A stretch of DNA of 64,000 bases from Azolla caroliniana (lineage: Eukaryota; Plantae; Polypodiophyta), in contig JBHGNT010000001.1 of the NCBI GenBank assembly GCA_043228905.1, positions 37,138,001 to 37,202,000 of the forward strand. The letters are read 5' to 3'. Position numbers and translations under genes: made by a program. The stretch's first letter is position 1, and every line of letters begins with the position of its first letter. Positions 39,201 to 51,580 of this stretch are shown here, in pieces. A model generated the notes under the pieces. It was not told the origin of the DNA. It ran no database searches and saw nothing but the letters and a program-made list of their open reading frames with translations.

Positions 39201-40945
39201 AAGAAAACAAATCCCACCTTGTGCACCAATAAGCTCTGCAGGGAAATACGCTGACGTAAGCTTCAAAACAGATGATAAAGGAGGACGTTTGGATTTGAAG
39301 TTAGGCTTGTATTTGTCGGAATACCGTTCTATCTCTATTGTAACTCCAGCTGTGTTATACAAAATTAAGTTGGGGTAAAGAAGCTGACTAAAACAGCACC
39401 TAAAAAGCGAGTGGAGATGCACTCAATAGCATCAAAAGAGAACCAAATTGAGATCAAAAGTATCAATAGAAAAAGAGAATAAACGATTACAAGAAAAAGA
39501 ATGCATAACAATGAGCTGGAAAAAGTCGAACACAAGGTGAATCAAATCATTAGCAATAAAAGGACCCAAAATGAAACCAGAAGCATAAAAAAATGATACA
39601 TTTTGACAGCATAAAAATATGGTAGAAAGAAGAGTGAAACGAAACCAGATGCATTGAAGACAGACGAAATGAAATTGACGACATAAAAAAGCATCAAAAT
39701 TGAGAGTCCAAAGAACATGGCGAATAAAAGAAATACAAAATGAAATTGAAAACATAAACAGAAATGTAAAATGAGATCAGAAAGTCAAGTTGAAATAAAA
39801 AACACAGGCCTACTTTACACAAAAGCCTTATCTTTGGTCTTTCAAAGTAGCACCATAACGAATTTGATGACTATTACCAGAATAAGTTTCATAATTTTCG
39901 GCAACCTCCGAAAATACAGGCCTACTTTGCTTAAAGGCCACTTCTTTGTCCTTTCCAATGCAGCACAGGAATATAATCGGAGATCACTTATACTATTGCC
40001 CACTAATCCAAGATAAAGGTATAGTTTAGTCACAAATCTCACTTTTTGGGTTTCTTCAATTACAACAAGGATATAATCAAAAACCACAAATCTAAACCGG
40101 ACTGATGATTTCATCATAAATCCAGGATACATGCCTACTCATACTCACAACCTTTGATTTGGCATTCCCAACGTTGTACAAAGTTCACTATTCTGCTTTA
40201 AATTTATGGTATTTGGTAAAAACCCTCATAAAGTCCTCTTTCCTCTCAATTCTTTCTCTTTTAGCTTCCTCAGAATAGTACAAGAATGTAGTCAGAAACC
40301 GGAACTCTAACTTAGAAGAGATATAATTTTCATCCGAAATCAAATATGAGGACCCAATCCACTCAAAGATTCTTCTTTGCCATCCTCGACATCAAATATA
40401 GTCAGAAACTATACCTAGATTAAACTCGTAACTTACAGCAAAAAACCCAAAAGGATGAAGGCCTAGTCTACTCACAAGCCTTTTCTTTCGGCTTCTCAAT
40501 ATAGTAAGGTGATGCATTCCAGAACGTTTCCAGTCTACGCCGCCGATTGAAGAGCTCCTCATCTGCTTTAGTAATATCTGGAAGCTCAGGCAGTTTTGTC
40601 ACAACCTAAAAAATTTACACAATGTAAAGAAAATACGGTTACAGAGAAGACGAAAAGCAAATGATGGAATTAGAATTAGAATTAGAATTTTTATGGTCCA
40701 TAAAGAGGCCAATTTTGACCTATGGGACCAGAGTATACATGTGTTCTTGATATATGTCTCCTTCCTAAGAAGGGGTATTCATACGTTGTTGAAGCACAAA
40801 GTCTCTATGTGTTAGTAAAGCATACAAATATGAGCTCAACCTTCTAGGTGGTGTCTTAAGTATGGCACTTAAGTTATCACTACCTCTTAGTATGTCAACA
40901 TATCTTGAACGAATTGCACTATATGTCGAGCATGTCAGCAACTTA

Positions 40946-40995
<50 letters not shown>

Positions 40996-41151
40996 AAGTA
41001 GGAAGGAAAGACTTACGGGGAAGAGAAGGGGAGGAACTTCGACTTTCCTGATAACAGCGACGCCATCATCGCCACGAGCTTGAGGGATGAAGCTGCTGCT
41101 TCCGAACCGACCTCTGCCACCACCACCGCGGCCACGACCCCTCCCAGACAT
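36262..41151 (-). CDS. RPC7: DNA-directed RNA polymerase III subunit RPC7 / C31 family (about 232 aa)
   Basis: RG-rich N-terminus MSGRGRGRGGGGRGRFG, then PPLLFP, FWNASPYYIE, IERYSDKYK, YFPAEL and an acidic tail DDYAQNFGFDDDDEYLDEDDGGDDEGPTF*, characteristic of C31/RPC7. Exons 41151-41017, 40605-40476, 39349-39218, 39136-39071, 36768-36710, 36630-36529, 36428-36371, 36278-36262 (699 nt, in frame). Confidence 0.92.
37541..37723. repeat. About 80-bp direct repeat (period about 101 bp) with palindromic core in RPC7 intron 4
   Basis: GT(T/C)TGGAGTGAGATATCT(C/A)CTCCATAT..ACAAGGAGT..AGCTAT..ACCTAGAG(T/C)TAGA..ATCTACCA at 37541 and 37642. Confidence 0.8.
40667..40950 (-). mobile_element. 5'-truncated LINE insertion in RPC7 intron 1
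   Basis: Minus strand encodes HTKLLTCSTYSAIRSRYVDIL, resembling the LINE ORF2 C-terminal H-x-L-L-x-C-x2-Y-x2-IR motif. It ends in GGTCCCATAGGTCAAAATTGGCCTC...ATAAAAA plus an (ATTCTA)n tail. The 5' end abuts a (GA)n microsatellite. Confidence 0.68.
40951..40989. repeat. (GA)n microsatellite in RPC7 intron 1
   Basis: About 19 GA units. Confidence 0.97.
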
Positions 41152-41422
41152 GTATGTATGTATATCTATCTATCTATCTATCTATGGACGTCTGACACAC
41201 AGACAGACAGAAACGTGCGCACCTGCAAGAATCAGAGGAAACGTCTGTCTGAGAGAGAAACGGGGGACGGGGATGTTACTGAAGGAGAAAAAAGAGAAAC
41301 GGAGAGAAACGAAGAAAAGAAACGGCCGTTTCCTTCCTTAGCAAAGGAAACGGGGCTGATTTTTTGTTATTTTTTTAATATTAATAAGGCGATGGTTTCG
41401 TTTGCAGAATTATATAAGTAAT

Positions 41423-41440
41423 GGCCCACACAAACCCTAA
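41423..41440. promoter_or_regulatory. Site II (GGCCCA) + telo-box (AAACCCTAA) module upstream of RPC7
   Basis: GGCCCA at 41423-41428 followed closely by AAACCCTAA at 41432-41440, about 280 bp upstream of the ATG. This is the known plant pairing for translation/ribosome-biogenesis gene promoters. Confidence 0.65.
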
Positions 41441-44400
41441 ACCCCATATGTATCTCTTTGCTGCTATGCTACCTATCGCCGCTACCTACAATACAAAACT
41501 CTTTTTCTTCTTCTTTTTCCAAAAAACAACTCCTTCCATTAGTTATAAAATTTTACAAATGAGACGATTATGTACAAACCTACAATACAAACTCTAATCG
41601 TTCTATCAGTCTCTTGTCTCGATCATTTGTGTATGGACCGGACCCTGTGTCATTTTTCTACAATGGGGTTGTTTATATGGGCAAGGGCGGAAAACACAAG
41701 GTTAATGAACCACTTGAAATTTAAGACTTTCTTGTTTGTACATGAATATAATCGACGACTATAGTCATTTCATGCGATCCGTATTTCTCTTGATTATCAA
41801 TGTAACTAACCATGGTTTTGAAGACCTTTGTAAATTGATGGGTAATTGCCATATATAACCAGTAAATGATAGTCAACACCATGGTTCCTAAATCCTCATA
41901 ACATTTTAAACATATATGTTTTAAGTCATGATATGTTGCATATGTTATGGCCCTCGAAGCAACATAATAGCCAATAACCGAAATAATTAGAAATGAAGTC
42001 GGTGATCGATAGCATACGTATGGGAAATCCAATGCCTTTATTAAACATTCTTGTATGAATACCAAAGTCATAACACTAAATGCAAGAAAAAGGTTCAAAA
42101 TATAGATAATATGGTATCTCATGGCAACAAGTAAAACATGAAACTTGGATATGCCTAGAATCAAGTGAATAACCCTTGAGGAGTGTTGGGCAAAGTCTCT
42201 AGCCCCTACCGGAAATTTTCTTGCTTCGTATGATCTTAACCAGAATTTAAAAAATTTACCTAGCCAATTTCCTACAAGCGATAATGTCAACCGGAACATG
42301 TTGAGAAATAAATAAATGGCGCATACCAAATCAAATCAATTGCAAAATTTTGGATCCAAATAATATATATATATATTTCAAAAAACGTTTACTAACTTTG
42401 TAAACAAAATTCACTATTCAAAACTTTGTAAAGTCGCATAATCAACAAATTAGATCAAATCCATGTATCAAATCTATCAAAAAAAAGAAAAGAAAGAGGA
42501 AGGCTCAGAATAGTTTACATGCACATGCAAATCCATGTATGTAAATGTAAAAGAAATTGAGGGAACAAATATATTGCAAACAATATTGAAGGAAAAAATC
42601 AAGAGGAAAAAAGTGGTGTATATATTAAAACAAGATGACAATACAAATGCAATGTAATAATGCCCGATAACGCAATATACATGCTTCCTTGTGATTTATT
42701 CTTGTATATTCTCATCATCTTTTTGTGCTAAGATAATTTGTTGTACATAATTCCCTCCCATTTTTCAACCTATCCTCCATTACATGTGTTTGAAATACAT
42801 GTTGATTCTCGTCTCAAATTTTTTGATTCATCTAGTTATGTTACAATAAGTAATTAGTATGTCAAATTCGTCTAGTTTGTTTATCATAGTAGCCCCTTGA
42901 TGATGATGAAGAAGAGCAAATCTCTTTCCATACCTAGTTCCGTTACATCTTCACAACTTCAGGTTTAACCACTAAAAAGACACGCGAAGATTCAACCCTA
43001 TTCTCCAATGCACGTACTTTGCGATGATCCCACATCCATGAATATCTTTGACCAATTGTTCCCATTAGCCAACCCCAATAAGGTCTCATCGCGGGGGATT
43101 AAGTTATTAGATTACATGGGGTGTTCACCTGGTTTGTCTAGGTTAGAACAACAATATTTATGTGATGAATATCAAGATAAGGTCCCGAAGGAACATTTAT
43201 CTTTTAAATCCCCTTTGGGCCAAATTAGCACACTTCAAACTTTTCATGGTCGGGAAAATGTTAAGGAGGTTAATGAACTTTATTTAGATGCACTTAACAT
43301 GAGCTTTGGCAATCATTTGTCAAAGATAGTAGTGTTTGTACTCAAAATTCAATGCGTACACATGAGAAACCAAGAGAAAATGAGGACATAACTAATGTGG
43401 AGCCAAATGTGATGGAGGCTCTAATGTCAGTAAATGGTGGGCTTAAGAATGAGATCCATCCATTAAAGGAAACAATTCACACTAAAAAAGACTATGGGGA
43501 TTAGGTGTTGGATGAAAACACGGCTCATGTGAATGAGCCCCAAAAGATTTCAACAGTACTACTCGACATCGAATGTGAGAAGGAGAAACAACATCCAACT
43601 TGTTGTCTGTAGGTACTAGAGTATATTTATGTCTTTCTTTCTAATAATGTATCCTTTCTTTTAGTTAATTTCATAAATTTTAATATATAGGGGTGCTAGC
43701 TTGTATAATTGGCAAATGAACCATCCACTTTTTGAATTAGCTCACTATTTCACATGCTACTTTCTTAAAGGATATCTAATCATGCCTAGTGGGAAATCCG
43801 CTCAGTCAATAACTACGCACAACCTACGGACAAATTTGACCTTTATCTTGGTGGACAATACCCTTGTTGAACATTTGTTCATTGTATACTAGATTTCATG
43901 CTGATAACTTTCTCAATGCTTTTAATGGGTTTGAGAAGTGAAAAACTTGGGTTTTAGGCCTTGTGCAAAGATTAACACATAGAAATATACTCCAAGAGTG
44001 AGTTATATTAAACTCAAGGCAAGCTATTATAAGTTATAACCATACTCTCGTTGAGCAATGCATTAGTAGAGAATTTTGGAGATTTCAATACAAAAAAGTG
44101 CAAATTAAAACAAAGATTCAACCGGAACGGAACGGGTTGTCCGTCCTTCTCATGGTAGTTACCCGGCAATAAAAAGTCCCAATTCAACCGGAACGTTGTG
44201 TTGTTCGCACTATCTGTCCTTGGGACGTTGCCCAACGTTGCGGCGGGCCTTTTGAGTTACAAAACAAAGGCTCATGTTGTTTCACACATGGTTGCAACAT
44301 AAACCTACTCCTCAATTCATGGCATTAGTAATGATCATATACATATCGAAGAATCGATGCATGACAACTCTCATTCTTTTGAAAGAGGACCCATAATTGC

Positions 44401-45901
44401 ATTGCACTCTCTTCAGCACAACCTTCAATCACCTTGTCCATTTGACAATCCCCACTTAATTCTATTCATTATCAACTATATGCAAAAGCATTGGAACGAA
44501 ATTTGTTTCAGCCACGAGCTCTTCATGTATTCCTTGGTTTCTCCACGATAAGTCAAATGAGTCTTTTTTTTTATAGAGACTCCATAAGGTTGGACCACAT
44601 ATATAAGGCCAAACCCAACTATGTATTATTGTACATCATCAAAGCAACTTTTGTAAGTATTGTGCATTCATGATCATACTTTCACAATGTAAATTGACTA
44701 TACAAGAAAACCAAGCACAAAATGATGTAGTTTTTGTATTAGGTATTTATTACAAATTATATTACGTGACACGTCTATTGACATGTAAAAAAATTCATGA
44801 AATAGACATTACATGCCCGTGTAGATTTAAACAAATGATCAAATATTTTGATACAAATGTGACATCGAATAGTATTTATTACCTTACCATTGTTTTAGCC
44901 TATATATTTGTCAAAGGATATGATATTTATGATGATGAAACCGATATGTTTTCGTTAATAAATCGATTTTCTGTGACAATTGAATATCTCCTAATCTCAG
45001 TTTGTAAGTTGTTTGACATATTCTTGTGGACAAGACCCATATCGAAGCTACATGTTTAACTAATTGGGAACTATAGTAATTGTAACCCATTAGATAAACT
45101 ACATCTTGAGAATATTTTTTGTACGTGAAGAATTTATGTTGTTATGTACTATTGAAATTTACTTCAAAGGTTTTTACATGATATGTGACCAAAAGCTTGG
45201 ATGCAATAGTTTGTTGTATAGTTCAAACATCAAAGGAGTGCACCTTTAAATCTATTACATGTACATGTGCATGTGTCGCGGTCTACAAAAAGAATAATTT
45301 TGACATTTGAAAGCTTGCTTTATTGCGAAGGATGGATGGTCGTACAAACCCTTTTGTGTGAATGTTCCTTTCAATCTTTCAAAATTTTCAAGAGCACATT
45401 AGGAGTAATCAACACTCAAAGACACCCATTTTAACCAGACTCAAGAGTTAAGGGAGAAGTACTTGAGCTTCCTTTTACGCTACAAAACGAGAGAAAGAAA
45501 TGAAACCAAACGAGCTCCCATGCAAGATAGATAGTACTTGAACACATCTTCATTAATGATGGGACCCTAAAGGTATTTCACAATTTCCACCTACGAGCCG
45601 CTCATGAAACGTTGGGAATGGTCACAAACAATTGTAGGACTAACATAGTTTTCAAGGTGTTCCCACCACCTCAAGGACATCCTCTTTTCCAACAACACTC
45701 AAAGAGGAAGATACTTCAATGATGGCATGTGGAAAATTTTAAGCTCTAGGTAGGCAAGGATGATTAATGACGATACTTTATGTTTGTTTTAATCAATCAT
45801 GTCATGCCCAACGTTTTTCGTTATCATGTCACGAGGCCTAATCATAGTTGTTAGAAAGGAAAATAAGTAGCAACAAAGAAGTTGCAACCGATTGATGCAT
45901 G

Positions 45902-45902
<1 letters not shown>

Positions 45903-45933
<31 letters not shown>

Positions 45934-45940
45934 ACACACA
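45903..45940. repeat. (AC)n microsatellite
   Basis: Visible AC run. Confidence 0.95.
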
Positions 45941-46435
45941 TGCGTAATTGGCTACACTATGTTCTAAAACATAAATTCGAGAACTATGCAAAATATTCTC
46001 AAAGTTGGCCTTTTTCATCATTTATGTAAATAATGTTGTTATTGGCTCATTTATAGGATTTTATAAAAGAGAGCTCCAAGACAAAGTTAGCTACTATAGT
46101 TCCAAGACGTGGTAGAAAGCAATTATGGGACGCGATGCATGTAATGACTGTAGGCTTGTTTCATCATGTAAGCGTGAGTTGTATAGCCAAAGTGTAGCCA
46201 AAGTGTACACATGCTATACTAGCTGGACAACCAGTTGTAATGATTTTCCCACAACTAACCATTGTTAATTATCTATTGTCAAGACTCAATGCATAAGGTG
46301 TGCTTACAAATGTAGGCAAACACAATGTGTAGGTAATGACGAGAGTGGGTTTTAATGCCCTGATGGGGAACCTATTGGTGATCCACGTACAGGACGGGGG
46401 TGAGTCCATGGGTACTTGGGTGGACAAACACGGAG

Positions 46436-46480
46436 GATAGATAGATTAAGAGTCCTTTTAAGAGGCCAAAATGGCCTAAA
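46436..46480 (-). mobile_element. Isolated LINE 3' stem-loop copy upstream of TBL
   Basis: Reverse complement TAGGCCATTTTGGCCTCTTAAAAGGAC followed by a short (ATCT)n tail. Confidence 0.5.
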
Positions 46481-46569
46481 AGAGAGAAGCATAAATATAC
46501 CAACTCAATTGCAATCACAACCCAAATCTTCAGAATATCCATAAATCTTCTCTCTCACGAGTTGTGAGT

Positions 46570-46720
46570 GATATATATATATATATATATATCACACACA
46601 CACACACACAGAGACAAATATATATATGTATATGTACATCAACATGTATGTATGTATAGTGTATGTATAAACTATGTATAACTGAAATATTCTGTCTCCA
46701 TATAATATGTACATATGTAT
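46570..46720. repeat. Compound (AT)n/(CA)n/(TATG)n microsatellite 5' of TBL
   Basis: Visible simple repeats immediately upstream of the TBL ATG. Confidence 0.9.
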
Positions 46721-46756
46721 GTTTGTAATCAGGGAAACAAAGAGAGAGGGAGAGAG

Positions 46757-48473
46757 ATGATGGGTAGCAGCAGGGGAGAAACAGGGGAGAGGAATCAATG
46801 GCCTATTCTGAGGTCTGGAATGGCAGGCCTTATTATTGTAACCCTAGCCATGGCTTTCACTCTCATAGCTCTCATCTCTTCTGATTTGCTCTCTTCGTTT
46901 TGCCCCCCTCCTCCTCTTTCTCTGCTTGTTCCTTCTTCTGAATCTCCTTTGTCTTCTTCGATGTTCATATCTGAGTCTTCGCAGCCGCTGTCTAATGGTA
47001 AGTACATACTTCTCCCTCCTCCCTTCCATTTACGTCCGCAATCTTGAATTGCGCCATTTCTTTCTTTCTTTCTTTCTGTTTTAAATGATTAAAACCTTCT
47101 TCGAACTTGTTGCTCTGTTCTTTTTCTTGTCAATCATTTCTAGATATGTCTCAGCGCTTCTTCTTCTTCTTCTTCTTCTTCTTCTTCTTCTTTTAGCAGT
47201 TAATGCGAGATTATTCTTTTTGCCTTCATGTTTCAAGATCATTTGCCTTCATGTGTGATTTATCATCTATTCATCTCCAATAGGCTGCAACTATTACATC
47301 GGGAAGTGGATGAAAGCCGAAAATAGGCCTCTCTATTCTGGGCGATCGTGCAAGAAGTGGTTGTCAGGAATGTGGGCATGCCGGGAAATGCCAGGCCGCT
47401 CAGATTTTGAGTACGAGAACTACAAATGGCAGCCTCATGGCTGTAATCTTCCCGCCTTCCAGAGCCACGATTTCTTGTCTAGGTTAGATTCAGAAGCCAA
47501 CATACACTGTTATTACATATACATTTGGATTAGAAACAGAGAATGTTTTAAATTCATTAAATTTGTGGCTTATGGTAAGGATGCATATTCATACAGGATG
47601 CGACACAAGGTTGTGGCATTTGTTGGGGATTCGATTGGTCGACAACAATTCCAATCCTTAATATGCATGCTTACGGGTGGGGATGATGAGGCAGCGGTGG
47701 AAGATGTGAGCAAGTCCTATGGTTTAGAGAAGCCACAAGGATCCATAAGAGCAGACGGGATCGCCCTGAGGTTCACAGAGAGCAATACAACCATAATCTA
47801 CTATTGGTCGGCCACATTGTGTGAACTTGAACCCCTCAATCGAAGCAGCCCCCACGACGACGATGACGAGGATCATCAGAGTGAGTATGCTATGCATCTG
47901 GATCGCCCCTCCACCTTCATACAGAAGTATGTCAAGTCTATGGACGTCTTGGTCTTGAACACTGGACATCACTGGAACAGAGGAAAGATGAATGCCAACA
48001 AATGGGTGATGTATGTGGATGGCAAGCCTAATTCAAATCAAAGACTCTTCCGAGATTTAGGACTCGCACGGAATTTCACGATACACAAGGTTGCGGAATG
48101 GTTGCGTAACCAACGTGAGAGAAATCTAACAATGGCCGATATATATGTAAGATCTTTATCGCCTCGACATTTCTTTAACGGGGAGTGGGATACGGGGGGT
48201 CGGTGTGACAATAACCTGGTTCCGGTGGAGGAGAGAAATGTAAGTGGAAGGCGAGTAGTAGACCACGCGTTTGAGAGTGCGGTTTTCGAGACCCGGGCGC
48301 ATTTGCTCAACATCACCTATCTCTCTCAATTTCGAGATGAAGCTCACATCTCCAAATATAATCCTGATCGAAGTGCTCAAGATTGTCTCCATTGGTGTCT
48401 CCCCGGAGTTCCAGATGTGTGGAATGAGCTTCTCTATGCCGAGATCCTTTCTAGAGCAACTAAATATACGTGA
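46757..48473 (+). CDS. TBL: TRICHOME BIREFRINGENCE-LIKE (TBL/DUF231, PC-esterase) polysaccharide O-acetyltransferase, TBL14/16-like, about 438 aa
   Basis: N-terminal TM anchor GLIIVTLAMAFTLIALIS. Cys-rich CNYYIGKW...RPLYSGRSC..WLSGMWAC..YENYKWQPHGC. GDS motif AFVGDSIGRQQFQSL. DxxH motif QDCLHWCLPGVPDVWNELL. Exons 46757-46997, 47284-47482, 47597-48473 (1317 nt). Confidence 0.94.
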
Positions 48474-50459
48474 TTCATATTTTGATGGTTAGTGTGTTCG
48501 TAATACAATGAAGATAATGGAACTTGGGGTGTGTGTGTGTATATATATATATAACTTGATTCTTGCCTTTTATAAACCCTAAACCTTGAATACAAGAATT
48601 CTAAGCCCTAAACATAAAATCCTATCAACAAAGATTTGAGACATGTATCGCAATACATGTGCAATCACAAGATGATGACCCCTCGGTTGAAAGTAACGAT
48701 CCCCAAACATCACTTACAAGGGATGAAACATAAATGCCTTGCTACAAGATATCATGTCTCTCCCAGACACAATCCTTACTCTTTCCTCACTATCACAAAT
48801 TTTTATGTATGATCATAAGGACAAATGGTGTGAATCCCCAAGAGTTCTATCACAAGGGTCATTTAACTTGTATCCTACAATGAGTTGTCGATGCAGCTAA
48901 GTGGGTATGGTTGTACATATAGGTAAATATCATCATCATCATCATTGACTATCCATGTGGCAATTATTGTATTTATCTTCTATGTTATTTGTTCTTGTAT
49001 ACTCGATAGTAACTAGTGCATTTGAATTTGTTTGTAGGTTGTAATTTAAAACAATTATGTTTATGTACATCCCAAAAGTGCTCATGGAGAAATGGCGTTG
49101 TTCATGTGGTTGAGACAATTCAAACAATTTCTTGAAGTCCACTTTCTGCATAATCACTCTCTATGCATTGATTGCAAGAACCTCGAAAGTGTGCATGTTT
49201 TCTAGAAAGGAAGGAGATAGGCCCATTTTGTTTTGTCTTTGGCACCTTCCAAAATGAGAACAACAATGAATGCCCATACAGTTTTGCCATTTCCTCTCAT
49301 AATATCAGCAAATTATTCCAATATAATATCAAGAAAACAAAGTGACAAAAGTTTTCCATCAAACCATCTGGCATCTAGCAACATAGAAGTACGAACAAGC
49401 AAATTGTTTAATTTCGACAAGAGAAATAGATAAGGTGTCCATGTAATCCACTTCATTGCAATTTCTAATGAAATGTATGATACTCTTTTATAGAAAGCAA
49501 AAGCTTTAATTGTCAAATAGAAATCCATGCAATTGGCTATATAATTGTTTTGTTCTTAAAGTTGCTTTTGACTAATACACCCCTCCAAGTGTATGGAATG
49601 CTATTCAAATTATCAATGTTTTGAACATAGGATTTGATAGATGACTTGAAATATATTGTACATATGTGTCGATTATTAAGTTATTAAAACCAGAGAAACT
49701 ATCCAATGTACTCCCCTTCACAATAAAGGTAATTTCAAATCTATCCTCCCATGGAAACATAAGAAATATGAAATTTACCCCATCTAAAAAAAGGTGTAGT
49801 TTAGCATTGCTTTTAGGAAAGGAAATTGTCCTTTTCAATACACTTCCATATACATGGAAACTTAATTTGAGCTATACCAATCACTTCAGTACAAAATGTC
49901 TAATAATAAAATTGCCTTTATGTGGATGGTATAAAGTAGTAAATGTTGTGTGAAATGCTTTACAATTATTACAGTACCTTGATCCCTCTACACTAATATT
50001 GAATGGTCTAATTGATTGTCCCATTTGATTTGAATGAGGGGGAGAATATGAGAGTGCAACGTGATTCGTGTATTCACCTTGCTTCAAGAGGAGACGGGTA
50101 GATCGTTGGGCAACTCAATTTGAAGCATTAACAATATGATTGTTTTAAACATAGTATGAACCATACGTACCATATGTGCATTCGCATTTGTGAATGTTTT
50201 CAATCATTCGTGTAAGAAAAACACCCTCAAAGAATGATAAATACCATACGTTTGGATTAACTGTTTATTATGAGGTAAATAAGCCTAAAAAATGGGGGGG
50301 AAAAAAACACATGAATGTTTGAATAACACTCGCATTCATTTTCCAACGTAGGAAAACGAATGTTATGCTAGACGAACACGAAATTTACGTACTATGGTTT
50401 TAAACATTGGTTCAAAATCAAAGCAGTTGGGAATTATTACTCCCATAATGCTGAAAATT

Positions 50460-51580
50460 TTAAAGGACAACCAAGTGGATTTGTTGTTCCACCAATGTTA
50501 GGTTTTATTCATATTTTGAAAGAAAACATTGTATGGCTTGACACAAATCCGAGGCAATGAAATTTCACACTAGCAAAATATCATGATGCTATTGGTTTTT
50601 TTATCCCCCCATTTTCCTAAAAGGAAGTACAATTTGATAAATTTACTTTAACAATGATGGCCTTGGTTGTGACATGAAGTGACGTTATTGAGTTTGAGAC
50701 ATTGAAAGTTGATTTGATGTGCGAGTTTGAAATGAACGACCTTGATGAGCTCCGTTTCTTTCTTGGGATAGAGTTAGGAACATGCAAAAAGGGTATATTG
50801 AAGATGATTTGAAAGAGTTTCACATATTTGAATACACGCATGTGGCCACTACACTACAAATGTATCGAATCTATTTTATCCCAACACCGGAAAATGATTA
50901 TTGGATGAAAAACATTATCAGAGATTTATTGGGGAATTAATTATATGTTACCTTGACAAGGCTATTGTAGTGGCGAGATTGGTTAGTGGATGTCAAAAAT
51001 GTTCTAAGAAATGATACTTGATGTCAACGAAGAGAACTTTCAGCGACCTCATTGACTTATTTTATGATGGTTCCAATCTCTTACTTTGGGCACTTTATAT
51101 TGTGATGTATATTAAACAAAGAGACGAGGAGGTGATGAAAAACATTGTGGGGACATTATGGAACAATTGGTGGCACAACAATATTGTGACTTTCAGAAAA
51201 GCAACATACAGTGCATCGACTACAACTAAAGCAAAATAGTGAGTGCATTTCAAGCCATGTGTGATGTTGTTTGGTTGGTGATGTAACTATGTAGTTTTGG
51301 CAATAATATGGAGAAATTGATGGTCATGAATGATAACACAATGTAGATCCCAATACAGTTGTCTGATGATGACATTTTTCATGCATGTATAAAGCATTGT
51401 GAAGTGCACTATCATTTTGTACTAGAGAAGACAATGGGAAACTCCACGGATGCAGCCACATTTTGCAAACATAAACAAGCTATCCAAACACCTTTACAAA
51501 GGTCATTTGATAAGTCTTAATATGTGAAGCATAAAGTGTTTTAGGTCTGAATGATTTCAAAACGTTAATGGGATGATTAA
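50460..51580 (+). mobile_element. Degenerate Ty1/copia retrotransposon RT-RNase H remnant
   Basis: Frameshifted fragments in canonical copia order: QPSGFVVP, KKTLYGLTQ (50520), EFEMNDLDELRFFLGIE (50723), KQHTV..STTKAK* (about 51200), KHCEVHYHFVLEK (51392). Confidence 0.85.

Noticed and set aside
39432-39755. 107-aa Phe-rich minus-strand ORF
   Set aside because: It lies in T-rich RPC7 intron 2 and is a compositional artefact.
44117-44197. Direct repeat ATTCAACCGGAACG
   Set aside because: Two short copies only, with no associated structure.
45948-46201. MITE bounded by TTGGCTACACT / AGTGTAGCCAA
   Set aside because: Only an 11-bp inverted match, no clear TSD, and no second copy in the window.
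47724-48492. Minus-strand and alternative-frame ORFs over TBL exon 3
   Set aside because: Shadows of the genuine TBL coding exon.
48575-48612. Interstitial telomeric repeat
   Set aside because: Only about two to three degenerate AAACCCT units, too short to call.
48900-50100. Possible transposase remnant (CxxC in EGSRYCNNCKAF; purine tract at about 50036)
   Set aside because: No recognisable ordered motifs. A call cannot be supported without a database search.
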